From the NCBI GenBank assembly GCA_022843405.1, contig JALHNQ010000010.1, positions 8,957 to 72,956 of the forward strand: a stretch of DNA of 64,000 nucleotides, read 5' to 3'. The position numbers were made by a program, and so were the translations under genes. The DNA is from Methylocystis sp. (GTDB lineage: Bacteria > Pseudomonadota > Alphaproteobacteria > Rhizobiales > Beijerinckiaceae). The notes under the pieces were generated by a model, which saw only the letters and a list, made by a program, of their open reading frames with translations, ran no database searches and was not told the DNA's origin. Positions 17,019 to 27,901 of the stretch are shown here, piece by piece. Numbering within the stretch: position 1 is the stretch's first letter; each line of letters starts with the position of its first letter.

Positions 17019-18872
17019 ATGTCAAAGCCGTTGCGGTCGGCGACGAGAATTGGGGCGATCAATCCTAAGATGGCGAATACGAAAACCCAGCCGTCACAAG
17101 CGCGAAGGATTGCGGCCGAAAGCCTCTCGTCGCACCTGAGATTGACGCTCGACGCAGTGAGAGGGTCCCGCCAGCGGTCCGCGCTGATCTGGCTTGGCGC
17201 CGGTCTTGCGGTCATCATCGCCGCAACGGCCTATGGGCAGATTCGGCTCAATGCCTGGAACAAGCCCTTTTATGACGCGCTCGCCCGCAAGGATCTCGCC
17301 GGCTTCGGCGATCAGCTCATCGTCTTCGCGATCATCGCCGGCGCGCTGCTCATCCTCAACGTCACGCAGACTTGGCTCGCGAACCTGACTAAGCTGAAAC
17401 TGCGGGAGTCGTTGACGCGAGACTTATTCGATCAGTGGCTAACGCCGCATCGCAGCTTCCGCATCGCCGGCATGGGCGAAATCGGCGTCAATCCCGATCA
17501 GCGCATACATGCCGACGCGCAACATCTCGCCGAGCTGTCGACGGATCTCGGCGTCGGCCTGCTACAGGCGACATTGCTGCTCATAAGCTTCATCGGCGTG
17601 CTGTGGGCCTTATCCGCGGGCGTGACCTTCGACATTTTCGGAACAAGGATGATCATTCCAGGCTACATGGTATGGAGCGCGCTGCTCTATGCCAGCATCG
17701 CTTCCTTCGGCAGCTGGCGCGTCGGCCGGCCGCTCGTCGAACTCGGCGCCGAGCGTTACGGGCGCGAATCCGACCTGCGCTTTGCGTTGATGCATGTCAA
17801 TGAGCATGTCGAGGCGATCGCCGTCTGCCGCGGCGAAGCCATCGAGGAAAACGGTCTGCATCAGGAGTTTGACCGCCTGCTGACGGTGTTGCGTCGGCTC
17901 GTGACAGCGACGACCAATCTGACCTGGGTCACCGCCGGATACGGCTGGTTCACCATCGTCGCGCCGATCATCGTCGCCACGCCCGCCTATTTCGCCGGAA
18001 ATCTCACATTTGGCGGCTTGCTGATGGCGGCCGGCGGCTTTTCGCAGGTGCAGCAATCGCTTCGCTGGTTTGTCGACAATGCCGGCGTCATCGCAGATTG
18101 GCGCGCGACCCTGCATCGCGTGGCGGGTTTTCGCGAGGCGCTGCTTGAACTCGACAAAGCCGTTCCAGATGCGCGCCGCATTGCTTTCGAAGAAACAGGA
18201 AATGATCTGCTCGTTCTCGACGATCTGCGGATCCTCTCCTATGCCGGCCACACGACCTTGAGTGAATCCCACGTCGAAATTGCGCCCGGGGAACACGTGC
18301 TGATCGTCGGCGAACGCAAATCGGGCAAAACTCGCTTGTTTCAAACGATCGCCGGTTTGTGGGCGGCTGGAAGCGGCAAGGTCCGCACGCCGCCTGCTGA
18401 GCGCGTTCTCTTCGTTCCCATGCGCGCTTACCTTCCAGACCTTTCTCTGCGAAGCTCGCTTTCTTATCCTTTGCCGCCAACGAGCTTTCCAGACGAAGCC
18501 TATGTGGCCGCCCTGACGCGGCTTGATCTTGGACATTTCGTTCCCTGGCTCGATCGCGTCGCGCGATGGGAACAGGAGCTGACTGATATTGAGCAGCAGG
18601 AACTGGCTTTTACCAGAATCCTGCTTCACAAGCCGCGCTTCGTCATCGTCGATGAGGCGCTCGACTCTCTCTCGTCCCACGCCCGCCAGCTTCTTTTCGC
18701 CGCGCTCGAAAAGGAACTCACGACGACGGCGTTTATCCATATTGGCGGACCAAAGAGCGGTGACCGCTTTTTCCGGCGCGTTCTGCATCTGACTCTGGAC
18801 GCGTCGCGCCAATCGGCCGAGGCGCAACCACGTCAACCGCCGGAAACACTGGCGCCGCAGGATGCGCCTTAG
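17019..18872 (+). CDS. Fused ABC transporter permease/ATPase, YddA/BclA/ABCD (SbmA-BacA-like TMD) family
   Basis: LNAWNKPFYDAL, VNPDQRIHAD, ESDLRFALMHVNEHVEAIA (EAA-like), Walker A GERKSGKT and Walker B VIVDEA. Confidence 0.88.
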   Translation: MSKPLRSATRIGAINPKMANTKTQPSQARRIAAESLSSHLRLTLDAVRGSRQRSALIWLGAGLAVIIAATAYGQIRLNAWNKPFYDALARKDLAGFGDQLIVFAIIAGALLILNVTQTWLANLTKLKLRESLTRDLFDQWLTPHRSFRIAGMGEIGVNPDQRIHADAQHLAELSTDLGVGLLQATLLLISFIGVLWALSAGVTFDIFGTRMIIPGYMVWSALLYASIASFGSWRVGRPLVELGAERYGRESDLRFALMHVNEHVEAIAVCRGEAIEENGLHQEFDRLLTVLRRLVTATTNLTWVTAGYGWFTIVAPIIVATPAYFAGNLTFGGLLMAAGGFSQVQQSLRWFVDNAGVIADWRATLHRVAGFREALLELDKAVPDARRIAFEETGNDLLVLDDLRILSYAGHTTLSESHVEIAPGEHVLIVGERKSGKTRLFQTIAGLWAAGSGKVRTPPAERVLFVPMRAYLPDLSLRSSLSYPLPPTSFPDEAYVAALTRLDLGHFVPWLDRVARWEQELTDIEQQELAFTRILLHKPRFVIVDEALDSLSSHARQLLFAALEKELTTTAFIHIGGPKSGDRFFRRVLHLTLDASRQSAEAQPRQPPETLAPQDAP

Positions 18873-19681
18873 GCTCCTTGACGGAGTCGCGCGAGCGCGC
18901 CCCACAACCCACCGTAGTCGCCGAGCGCCGCGTGGACGATGTCGGGAAGCGCGGGGTTCTTTCGCGGTAGCGCCCGTAGATAGGTCGCGGTCTGTTCAAT
19001 TGAGATGCCGATCTCGCGCATCATCGAGCCACCCATTACGATTCGGTCTGGCGACCAATGGGCGATGGCGTTGTGCAGCGCGCGCGCAGTAATATTGGCG
19101 AGCTCATCCCATATTGGATGATCCTTTCCGAGCGCGCGGGGTTCGACGCCAAAGCGGTTCGCGACGGCGCGTCCCGAGACAAGCTCTTCGAAATTGAGCG
19201 CGCCGGCGTCGATATATTGCTCGCCGATTTCGAAGCCATAGGTCGCACGGTCAATTCTCCCGTCGACGATGCGCGCACCGTTCACGCCAGTGGAGATGGT
19301 GACATATGCGAGGATGGCGGAACCTTGCCCAGCGCCGGCGGTCGCCTCCCCTAACCCCACAAGCGCCGTGTCGTTCTCCAGTAAGACCGGCGCGCCGAGA
19401 CTGGCCTCAACGTCTTCGGCCAATGTCGCGCCATTCCAAATTGGCAGGTTGGGGGCATTGACGAGGACGCGCTTGTCGCGCGACAGCACGCCAGGCACGC
19501 CGATCGCTACAGCATGAATTCGGTCGCCGGCCGCCGCCTTCAAAGCCGCAGCGCGCAAAAGCTCTAGCCCGTCACCATATTCGCTCGGCGTTTTGAGGAT
19601 CACGGCCTCGGTAAGTTCGGCAAGATCGGACGAGCCGGCGACTCGCGTTTTCGTCCCGCCGATGTCGACGACAACATACAT
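18869..19681 (-). CDS. ROK-family sugar kinase
   Basis: VDIGGTKT, LENDTALVGLGE, ISTGVNG and GFEIGE motifs. Confidence 0.85.
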   Translation of the reverse strand: MYVVVDIGGTKTRVAGSSDLAELTEAVILKTPSEYGDGLELLRAAALKAAAGDRIHAVAIGVPGVLSRDKRVLVNAPNLPIWNGATLAEDVEASLGAPVLLENDTALVGLGEATAGAGQGSAILAYVTISTGVNGARIVDGRIDRATYGFEIGEQYIDAGALNFEELVSGRAVANRFGVEPRALGKDHPIWDELANITARALHNAIAHWSPDRIVMGGSMMREIGISIEQTATYLRALPRKNPALPDIVHAALGDYGGLWGALARLRQGA

Positions 19682-19996
19682 CGATGCGCTCCGTCCGGCT
19701 GGTCAACTCGTCCCCTTCACGCGCCACTTTCGTTGCGAGCGCATCGATCGGGGGCTTCGACTACTTCTTCGTCGCTGATATGGCGAAGGTCCGGATAGAA
19801 ACAACCGGCGGCGAATCAGCTCCGTCGGCTACGCTCGCATTGCAGGAGCGGCCGGTCATGACCTAACATCCGATCCGGACCACGCCATGGGGCCCGTCAG
19901 CCCGAAAAATTGTGTACGCTGAACTTACCGGAAGACATCACAAATAAAATGACATTCCGCTTCGATCATAACAAACCCGGAACCAGGATACGGCCA

Positions 19997-21274
19997 ATGG
20001 CCTTCAAAGCTCCTCGCAGCGTGTGGAAAGGCCTTATCGCGGTCGCTCTCGTCGCCGCCGTAGCATTCCCCGCGACGATGTTCCTTATCAGGGCGGAAAA
20101 CGCGCCGATAAAGGTCGGAATTCTGCATTCGCGCTCCGGGCCGATGGCGATCAGCGAAAATTCAATGGTCGACGCGGAGCTGCTCGCGATTGAGGAAATC
20201 AATGCGAGAGGCGGATTACTGGGACGCAGGATTCAGCCGATCATCGCCGACGGCAAATCCGATTGGCCGACCTTCGCGAAAGAGGCCGAGCGCCTGATCA
20301 CCCAGGAAAACGTATCCGTGATCTTTGGATGCTGGACTTCCGCGAGCCGTAAGACGGTCGCGCCCATTATCGAGAAATACGGTCAGCTCATGGTCTATCC
20401 CATGGCTTATGAGGGACTCGAACAGTCCCCCAATATTATCTACACGGGCGCGGCGCCCAATCAGCAGGTCATTCCAGCCATCAAATGGAGCCTCGATCAC
20501 ATTGGCAAAAAATTCTATTTGATCGGCTCAGATTATGTTTGGCCGCACAGCATCAACGAAATTATGAAGGACACGATTCGCGCGCTTGGCGCGGAGCTTG
20601 TGGGCGAAGACTATATTTTCTTCGGAAGCGCCAATGTTTCTCGAGCGGTCCAAAAAATCAAGCTGGCGCAGCCGGACGTTATTATCAGTTCAGTCGTGGG
20701 CGATTCCAACAAGGCGTTCTATCAGGCGCTGTCCGACGCTGGGCTTTCCGCTAACAAGTTGCCGGTTGTCTCCGTCAGCATCGGCGAGGAGGAGCTTCGC
20801 AGCCTGCCGATCGCCAGCCTTCAAGGCCATTACAGCGCCTGGAGTTATTTCGAGGCAATCAAAAAGCCGGAAAACGAACGGTTCATTCGCGCCTTTCGTC
20901 AAAGATATGGCGCCGACCGTGTGACGGGCGACGTTATTGCGACCTCATACTTCAGCGTCATTTTATGGGCAAAGGCGGTTGAGGAGGCGCAGTCCATCGA
21001 CGTCCAGAGGGTTAAGCGCACCATGCTGACCGAAACCCTCGACGCGCCCGAAGGTCTGGTGTCGGTCGATCCATACACCCAGCATACTTGGCGGTCTTTT
21101 TCTGTAGGCAAGATTCGAACCGATGGCGTGATCGAGCTTGTCTGGACGATCGATCGCCCGATCCGTCCCGTGCCCTATCCGCCGACTCGCACGAAAGCCG
21201 CGTGGGAGGAATTTCTGACCGCCTTGTATACCGGATGGGGCGGCAGATGGGCGAATCCGGTAGAGGCGGACTGA
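19997..21274 (+). CDS. UrtA/AmiC-like periplasmic substrate-binding protein (urea/amide type)
   Basis: IKVGILHSRSGPMAISE, FGCWTSASRK, YEGLEQSPNIIYTGAAPNQQ and GSDYVWP. N-terminal hydrophobic anchor. Alternative start 19949. Confidence 0.9.
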   Translation: MAFKAPRSVWKGLIAVALVAAVAFPATMFLIRAENAPIKVGILHSRSGPMAISENSMVDAELLAIEEINARGGLLGRRIQPIIADGKSDWPTFAKEAERLITQENVSVIFGCWTSASRKTVAPIIEKYGQLMVYPMAYEGLEQSPNIIYTGAAPNQQVIPAIKWSLDHIGKKFYLIGSDYVWPHSINEIMKDTIRALGAELVGEDYIFFGSANVSRAVQKIKLAQPDVIISSVVGDSNKAFYQALSDAGLSANKLPVVSVSIGEEELRSLPIASLQGHYSAWSYFEAIKKPENERFIRAFRQRYGADRVTGDVIATSYFSVILWAKAVEEAQSIDVQRVKRTMLTETLDAPEGLVSVDPYTQHTWRSFSVGKIRTDGVIELVWTIDRPIRPVPYPPTRTKAAWEEFLTALYTGWGGRWANPVEAD

Positions 21275-21277
21275 TCG

Positions 21278-24049
21278 ATGAAGCTTCCCAGGCTCGATTT
21301 TCTCCGGCGCTCCATCGGCGCCAAGATCATCTTCTGGTTCCTTGCGATCAATATCGTCTCCTGCGGCCTCCTTGCCTGGCGAACTTATGACATTTCGCGC
21401 GAGTCGCTCGAACAGGCGATTCAGACGTCGCTGCAGGTTGTCGCCAAGAAGAAAGTGGAGCAGCTGGAGGCTCTGACGCTTGAAAAAATCCGAAGCGTCG
21501 AGTCCTTGATGCACAGCGCGTCGATTGGCGAAGCCGCCCGAGAATTTTCCGAAGCCATAAGGACGAGTGGGAGAGAATCGGAAGCCTATCGCCAGGCGAT
21601 CGCGAAACACGGCCCGACTCTCAAGCGTCTCTCCGACACGTTCAACTACGTCGGCTGCGCGATTGTCTCTTCCGAAGGCGTCACGCTTTTCGCCCAATCG
21701 GACATGGCGCCGTTCAACGCAAATTCGCTCGGCGGACCGCTCAAGGAAACGGAGCTTTCGGACACGATCGATCGGGCGCGCACATTGCTGCAAGCCGAAA
21801 TCTCGGCGTTTCAAATCTACCCGGGGCAAAAAGAGCCTGCCGCCTATATAGCGGGGCCTGTCCTCGACAATGGCGTCGTGATCGCGGTCGTCGTCTTCCA
21901 GCTCGATAACCAGGAGATTTACAGCCTCATCAACGACTATACCGGTCTCGGCGAGACGGGAGAGGTGCTGGTCGCGGCGCAATTCGATCAGGGCCAATTG
22001 GTCGTGGTCAACCCGCTGCGGCACGACGCTTCCAAGGCTTTCAGCATCAGGGCGCCGCTCAATGGCGGCGCTTTTCCAGCGCTCGCCAGGGCGCTCGCCG
22101 GCGTCCATGGCTCGGGTCTTTTCGATGATCTCGAGCACAGACCCGTTGTCGCCTCGTGGACTTATGTTCCGTCCTTTCGCTGGGGCATGGTCGTGCAGCA
22201 GAGCACGGCGGAGGCCTTTGCGCTCACCCGTGCGCAAAAAGAGGCAACGCTCTGGCTGCTGTTTTTTATGATTCCGCCGATTATCGCTCTGGCGATGGGC
22301 GTCGCGCGCACGATCACCAGGCCTATCAAGACCGCTGTCGGCGTGGCCGAGAGGGTCGCCGCGGGGGACCTCGACGCAAATTTCGAGATCGATAGCCGCG
22401 ACGAAACGGGGCTTCTGCTGACGGCGATCCGCTCCATGACCGGGGAACTCCGCGAACTTTACGACTCCATGGAGGACAAGATACGGGCCCGCACGCGCGA
22501 ACTTCAGCTCGCGAACGAGGAATTGTCGATCGCGCGCATGGCGGCCGAGGAAGCCAGCAAGACAAAGAGCGCCTTTCTAGCCAATATGAGCCATGAGCTG
22601 CGCACGCCGCTCAACGCCATCATCGGTTATAGCGAAATGCTTCAGGAGAACGCGCTCGACAACGGCGACCCAGAGCCGATCGAGGACCTGAAGAGGATCG
22701 AGAGCGCGGGCCGACACCTGCTTGGCCTGATCAACGATATTCTCGATCTTTCCAAAATCGAAGCCGGAAAGATGGAGGTCTTCATCGAGCGGGTGGAGAT
22801 CCGGCCGCTCGTGAACGAGGTTATTTCGATCGTTCAGCCTCTGGCCGACAAGAACGGCAATGCGCTAGAACTCTGCTGCGCGGACGATGTGGGCGGCTTT
22901 CTATCCGACGAAACGAAGGTCAAGCAGTGCCTGCTCAATCTCATGAGCAATGCAAACAAATTCACGAGCCACGGAAAAGTCACCCTGACCGTTGAGCGGG
23001 ACGCCGACGCTTCCGTGGTATTCCACGTGTCGGACTCGGGGCTCGGCATGACGGAGGAGCAGCTTGCCCGCCTGTTCGAAGCCTTCACCCAGGCTGACGC
23101 CTCGACCACGAAGCGCTTTGGCGGGACGGGGCTTGGGCTCGCGATCACCAAGCATTTCTGCGCGGCGCTCGGCGGCGATGTTTCGGTTGAAAGCGCGCCG
23201 GGCGTCGGCTCGACCTTCACGATCAGGCTTCCGGACCGGCAAGAGCCGGTCGAGACGAAGGATCGGGCCGAGGCGACTTCGTCCCGGCCGCTCCCGACGA
23301 TACTGGTCGTCGATGACGACGCTATGGCGCGCGACCTGCTCACACGAACTTTGGAGAGCAAGGGCTATCGCGTCATCGCCGCGCGTCACGGGCTGGAGGC
23401 GATGTCTCTCGCGAGACAGCACAGGCCACAGGCCATAACGCTCGATGTGATGATGCCGCAGCTCGATGGCTGGGGCGTGCTCAGGCAGCTCAAGGAGGAT
23501 GAAGAACTGCGAAACATTCCCGTCATCATGGTGACGATTCTCAGCGAGCGCGCCCTGGCGATTCCGCTCGGGGCGGCGGAGTTTTTGACAAAGCCGATCG
23601 ACCGTCAGCGCCTGACCGCCCTGATAACGCACTATTGCGGGGCCTCGAGCGAAAATACGGTTCTGATCATTGAGGATGACCCCGCGACGCGCGAGCTTCT
23701 TCGCCGCTGCGTTTCGGGCGCCGGCTACAAGGCCGAAACCGCGATCAACGGTCAGGATGGGCTCGACTGGATCGCTGAAAATCCGGTTCCGGATCTTATC
23801 CTTCTCGACCTGATGATGCCAAATCTCGATGGATTCGGTTTCTTGAGTGAATTGCGTAAGCGCCGCGCCTATGACCATTTGCCGGTCATCATCGTCACAG
23901 CGAAGGATCTCAGCGACGAGGATATTTGCAAATTGAGAGAATTCAGGGCTGACATCATCACAAAGGACCACGACTATCTTGAAGAACTGGTGACGATTAT
24001 GCGTCAATGCCTCAATCCCAGCGTGGCGGACGCTGCCCAAGTGCATTGA
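21278..24049 (+). CDS. Hybrid sensor histidine kinase (TM-Cache-like-TM-HAMP-HisKA-HATPase-REC-REC)
   Basis: [44 protein letters not shown] and two receivers (LDVMMP, LDLMMP). Confidence 0.95.
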   Translation: MKLPRLDFLRRSIGAKIIFWFLAINIVSCGLLAWRTYDISRESLEQAIQTSLQVVAKKKVEQLEALTLEKIRSVESLMHSASIGEAAREFSEAIRTSGRESEAYRQAIAKHGPTLKRLSDTFNYVGCAIVSSEGVTLFAQSDMAPFNANSLGGPLKETELSDTIDRARTLLQAEISAFQIYPGQKEPAAYIAGPVLDNGVVIAVVVFQLDNQEIYSLINDYTGLGETGEVLVAAQFDQGQLVVVNPLRHDASKAFSIRAPLNGGAFPALARALAGVHGSGLFDDLEHRPVVASWTYVPSFRWGMVVQQSTAEAFALTRAQKEATLWLLFFMIPPIIALAMGVARTITRPIKTAVGVAERVAAGDLDANFEIDSRDETGLLLTAIRSMTGELRELYDSMEDKIRARTRELQLANEELSIARMAAEEASKTKSAFLANMSHELRTPLNAIIGYSEMLQENALDNGDPEPIEDLKRIESAGRHLLGLINDILDLSKIEAGKMEVFIERVEIRPLVNEVISIVQPLADKNGNALELCCADDVGGFLSDETKVKQCLLNLMSNANKFTSHGKVTLTVERDADASVVFHVSDSGLGMTEEQLARLFEAFTQADASTTKRFGGTGLGLAITKHFCAALGGDVSVESAPGVGSTFTIRLPDRQEPVETKDRAEATSSRPLPTILVVDDDAMARDLLTRTLESKGYRVIAARHGLEAMSLARQHRPQAITLDVMMPQLDGWGVLRQLKEDEELRNIPVIMVTILSERALAIPLGAAEFLTKPIDRQRLTALITHYCGASSENTVLIIEDDPATRELLRRCVSGAGYKAETAINGQDGLDWIAENPVPDLILLDLMMPNLDGFGFLSELRKRRAYDHLPVIIVTAKDLSDEDICKLREFRADIITKDHDYLEELVTIMRQCLNPSVADAAQVH

Positions 24050-24066
24050 CATTGGAGAATGGGCTG

Positions 24067-24438
24067 GTGGTGAAGATTTTGCTTGTCGAAGATAATGAGA
24101 TGAACCGGGATATGCTGTCGCGGCGTCTCAGGCGAAATGGCTATGAAGTCGTCATCGCCACGGACGGCCAACAGGGTGTCGAGATGGCCGCCTCCGAGGC
24201 GCCCGATCTCATCCTGATGGACATGAGCCTGCCGGTCATCGATGGATGGGAGGCGGCCCGCCGGGTTAGAGAAAACGAAGCGACGCGCAAGATTCCGGTG
24301 ATCGCCCTCACAGCCCATGCGATGGCAGGGGACCGGGAGAAGGCGATCGAAGCGGGCTGCGACGACTATGACACCAAACCTGTGGAGATCACGCGTCTTC
24401 TGGGCAAGATCACGGCCCTGATTGAATCCGGCGCTTAG
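24067..24438 (+). CDS. Single-domain response regulator (DivK/CheY-like)
   Basis: KILLVEDN, LMDMSLP, IALTAHA and TKP. GTG start after a GGAG RBS. Confidence 0.93.
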   Translation: MVKILLVEDNEMNRDMLSRRLRRNGYEVVIATDGQQGVEMAASEAPDLILMDMSLPVIDGWEAARRVRENEATRKIPVIALTAHAMAGDREKAIEAGCDDYDTKPVEITRLLGKITALIESGA

Positions 24439-24568
24439 CATCGTCTGATCAGGCCGTCACGCCGAGCGAACTCTGGCGGTCCCATCGGTTGTAAGAGCTC
24501 ATGACAAACACGACTGACGCATCTTGGACGGCGGACGCCGGCGCGCTTCGGATTTCTGGAAACATAAA

Positions 24569-26209
24569 ATGACATCGCATGGCTTCCAGCCGCCGGCCGA
24601 TAGAAGCGATCGCGCGCTGCTTGCTTATCTACAGCAGGAGCTGAGCGCGCCTGCCGAGGCGATCGCGGGCTATGCCGAAATTTTGCTGGACGAGGCCGAG
24701 CGGAGCGGCCACGGAGAATTTCGTGACGACCTCGAGAAAATTCACGCCGCCAGCCGTTCGCTGATTGATTACATCGCGTCCCTCGTCAGTCGGTCCCGCG
24801 CGTCGGCGCGTGGGCCAAGCCAAGATTCCGAGGACTATCGTCGTCTCTTGCGGCACGATCTGCGCACGCCCATCAACGCCATCAAGGGATTTGGCGAGAT
24901 GCTGCGCGAAGACGCAGCGGGCGTCGACGACGCGCGGGCGCTGGTCTCGGACCTCAATCGACTTCTAGAGGAGGCGTCCCGCTTCCTTGAGCGTATCGAC
25001 GGCTTGGTGAGTTTTTCGTTCCCCGAAAACGAGGCGACGAACGCCGGGGTTGGCGCGGAACCCGTCTCCGCCATGGTCGCACATCGCTTCGTCGCCTCCG
25101 TCCAGCCGATCTCAGAAGGCGAAGCCGACAGTGTCGCCGTACTGCCGAGCCGCATCCTCGTGGTCGACGACAACGCATCCAATCGCGAACTCCTGAAGCG
25201 CCGTCTGGAACGACAGGGCCACTCAGTCGCGCTGGCTGAGAGTGGGTCTCGCTCGCTGGAAATGGTGAGGGAGGCGCCCTTTGATCTCATTTTGCTCGAT
25301 CTGCTGATGCCGGATATCAGCGGCCTCGATGTTCTTTCGGTCCTCAAGTCTGATGACGCCTTGAGAGACATTCCAGTCATCATGATATCGGCCCTGAACG
25401 AGATCGACTCGATCGTCAGATGCATCGAAGCGGGCGCCGAGGATTATCTCGCGAAACCCTTCGATCCGGTGCTTCTTCGCGCGCGCATCGGATCGTCATT
25501 GGAGAAAAAGCATCTGCGAGATCGGGAACGCGAGGCGCTCGAGGCGTTGCGCATCGAAAAAGCGCGCTCCGAGCAGCTTCTCCTCAATATTCTTCCGGCG
25601 CCGATTATCGCGCGCCTGAAGAACGGCGAAACGGTCATCGCCGATCATATCAGCAACGTCTCCATTCTGTTTGCGGATTTCGTCGGCTTCACCGAGCTTT
25701 CTTCCAGACTGCCGGCTCCTGAAATTGTCGGCGTGTTGGGACGCGTTTTTTCGGCCTTCGACAGGCTCGCGCTCAAGTTTGGCGTCGAGAAGATCAAGAC
25801 GATTGGCGACGCCTACATGGTCGCCTGCGGGCTGTTCGGCAGGCGGGACGATCACGCGCACGCCGTCGCGGACATGGCGCTGGCAATGGCTGAAACCCTG
25901 GAGATTCTCAACGAGACATTGCCTGCGCCGCTCGAAATCAGGATGGGCATAAACTCCGGCGATGTCGTCGCGGGCGTGATCGGCGCGCACAAGTTCGTTT
26001 ACGATATATGGGGCGATGCGGTGAACATCGCGAGCCGGCTCGAGTCGAACAGCCTGCCAGGCCGCATTCAAGTTTCACGGTCGACCTATGAGCATCTGGG
26101 CAAGGACTTCATTTTGGCGCCGCGTGACGGCCTGAAGATCAAGGGAAAGGGCGCGATAGAGGCCTTTTTTCTGACCGGGAGAAAACAGGGCGCAGCTTAC
26201 CCCCGTTAG
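24569..26209 (+). CDS. Class III adenylate cyclase with DHp-like repeats and a receiver domain
   Basis: ILFADFVGFT, EKIKTIGDAYM, YDIWGDAVNIASRLES (Lys/Asp indicate adenine specificity), REC LLDLLMP, and HisKA-like HDLRTPINAI. Confidence 0.92.
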   Translation: MTSHGFQPPADRSDRALLAYLQQELSAPAEAIAGYAEILLDEAERSGHGEFRDDLEKIHAASRSLIDYIASLVSRSRASARGPSQDSEDYRRLLRHDLRTPINAIKGFGEMLREDAAGVDDARALVSDLNRLLEEASRFLERIDGLVSFSFPENEATNAGVGAEPVSAMVAHRFVASVQPISEGEADSVAVLPSRILVVDDNASNRELLKRRLERQGHSVALAESGSRSLEMVREAPFDLILLDLLMPDISGLDVLSVLKSDDALRDIPVIMISALNEIDSIVRCIEAGAEDYLAKPFDPVLLRARIGSSLEKKHLRDREREALEALRIEKARSEQLLLNILPAPIIARLKNGETVIADHISNVSILFADFVGFTELSSRLPAPEIVGVLGRVFSAFDRLALKFGVEKIKTIGDAYMVACGLFGRRDDHAHAVADMALAMAETLEILNETLPAPLEIRMGINSGDVVAGVIGAHKFVYDIWGDAVNIASRLESNSLPGRIQVSRSTYEHLGKDFILAPRDGLKIKGKGAIEAFFLTGRKQGAAYPR

Positions 26210-26374
26210 CATAGGCGGCGTCGGCTTGAACGCCCAAGTCAATTTTGAGCCAAGGCTCCGTCGGGGATCGAAAGAGGTCGAGCCATCAGATGCTGGCCGC
26301 CATGCCGCCAGCGTCTTGAATCTCAATCCAAACCAAATTGGAATCGATTCCATTCAGCAACAGTGTAAAGCGCT

Positions 26375-27151
26375 CTAATTCATAAACCAGCCGTGACTGA
26401 CGACGATGGATTCTCCGGTGAGCGCATTCGTCTGAAAAGAGGCGAGCATCAACGCAACTTCGGCCACGTCCGAGATCATGGTGAATTGCTTGTCGACGGT
26501 CTCGCCCAGCATCACGTCCTCGACGACTCGCTGTTCGGTAATGCCGAGATCATGCGCCTGCTGGGGAATTTGCTTTTCGACCAGCGGCGTCCTCACGAAG
26601 CCGGGGCAAATCGTGTTGGCGCGCACGTTATGTTTCGCGCCTTCCTTCGCCATCACTCTGGCCAGACCAAGAATTCCGTGTTTGGCGGCGACATAGGCGG
26701 ATTTCAGCGGCGACGCCTCATGGCTATGCACCGAGCCCATATAGATGAGCGCGCCCGATTTCTGAGGATACATGTATTTCACGCATGACTTGGTTGTCAG
26801 AAAGGCGCCGTCAAGATGTATCGACAGGAGCTTTTTCCATTCTTCGAAGGGAAACTCCTCAATCGGATGAACGATCTGAATGCCCGCATTGGAAACGAGT
26901 ATGTCGATCGTTCCAAAGGCTTTAGCGGCCGCGTCAACCCCAGAACGCACTTGCTCTTCATTGGTGACGTCCATTGCAACCGCAATGGCGACGTCGTCGC
27001 CGCCGATTTGCTCCGCCGCCGATTTTGCAGCGTCAATGTTCAGATCGGCGATGCACACCCTGCCGCCAGCGTTCGCAAAGCGTTGCGCAACGCCATGGCC
27101 GATGCCGCTCGCGGCGCCCGTAATCAATGCGACCTTGCCGTTCAGTTCCAT
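26375..27151 (-). CDS. bdhA: D-3-hydroxybutyrate dehydrogenase
   Basis: [42 protein letters not shown] and [15 protein letters not shown]. Confidence 0.92.
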   Translation of the reverse strand: MELNGKVALITGAASGIGHGVAQRFANAGGRVCIADLNIDAAKSAAEQIGGDDVAIAVAMDVTNEEQVRSGVDAAAKAFGTIDILVSNAGIQIVHPIEEFPFEEWKKLLSIHLDGAFLTTKSCVKYMYPQKSGALIYMGSVHSHEASPLKSAYVAAKHGILGLARVMAKEGAKHNVRANTICPGFVRTPLVEKQIPQQAHDLGITEQRVVEDVMLGETVDKQFTMISDVAEVALMLASFQTNALTGESIVVSHGWFMN

Positions 27152-27163
27152 CAGAATGTTCCC

Positions 27164-27901
27164 TTAGGCGAGATAATCATAAACCACTCTGCCAAGTCCG
27201 AGCGTGAGGTCGGCGAGAATATGCGTCGCTGAAACAATCTCGCGTATCGGCAATGCGGCGACCGGCGCCAGCGCATGTGTGTTCAGTTCAAGGGACGCCG
27301 GCCCCGTGTAGGCGCTTTTCACGGTAATGTCCTCAAGGCGATAATCAACGAGTTCGAGAATGCGGGGAGAGCCGTCGACATGCGGAATAATTTTCAGCAG
27401 ATAATTGGGAAGCTTGAGCGCGCGGAGTATGTCGGCGCTATCGAGAGCGCTGTGCTTATATCCCATGACGCCGCGCGCGACCCGAACTGAGCCATAATCA
27501 AGAACCCCCACGAGGGCGTCGCGTTCCACGGCCAGAGAGGGATTGGCGAACTTCTTTGGGAATCCCCATAATTCCCGACCGCCATAGATCGGCGGCCCGT
27601 CATTGAGATACATGGCATGCGTATATTGGCCGGGATTGCCGTTGAAATAGACGGGGATCGCCTGACCTGACTCGCAATAGTCGCCAAACCCCGTCGAATC
27701 CGGCATGCGGATAAACTCATATTTGACCAGGTCGTCCCGAACTTCCAAAGGTTCGGGCACGACCCGCTCCAAAGCTTCGCGATCGGTGCGATAAGTGATC
27801 ACAAGATATTCGCGATTGAAGAACCGGTACGGTCCCCGCGGATAGGCGGGACTCGTGAGCGGCATCGCGAAGGCAGTATTGCGTACATCGTCGATTTTCA
27901 T
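27164..27901 (-). CDS. adc: Acetoacetate decarboxylase
   Basis: [41 protein letters not shown] (Schiff-base Lys) and [13 protein letters not shown] overlap with the patatin stop. Confidence 0.93.
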   Translation of the reverse strand: MKIDDVRNTAFAMPLTSPAYPRGPYRFFNREYLVITYRTDREALERVVPEPLEVRDDLVKYEFIRMPDSTGFGDYCESGQAIPVYFNGNPGQYTHAMYLNDGPPIYGGRELWGFPKKFANPSLAVERDALVGVLDYGSVRVARGVMGYKHSALDSADILRALKLPNYLLKIIPHVDGSPRILELVDYRLEDITVKSAYTGPASLELNTHALAPVAALPIREIVSATHILADLTLGLGRVVYDYLA

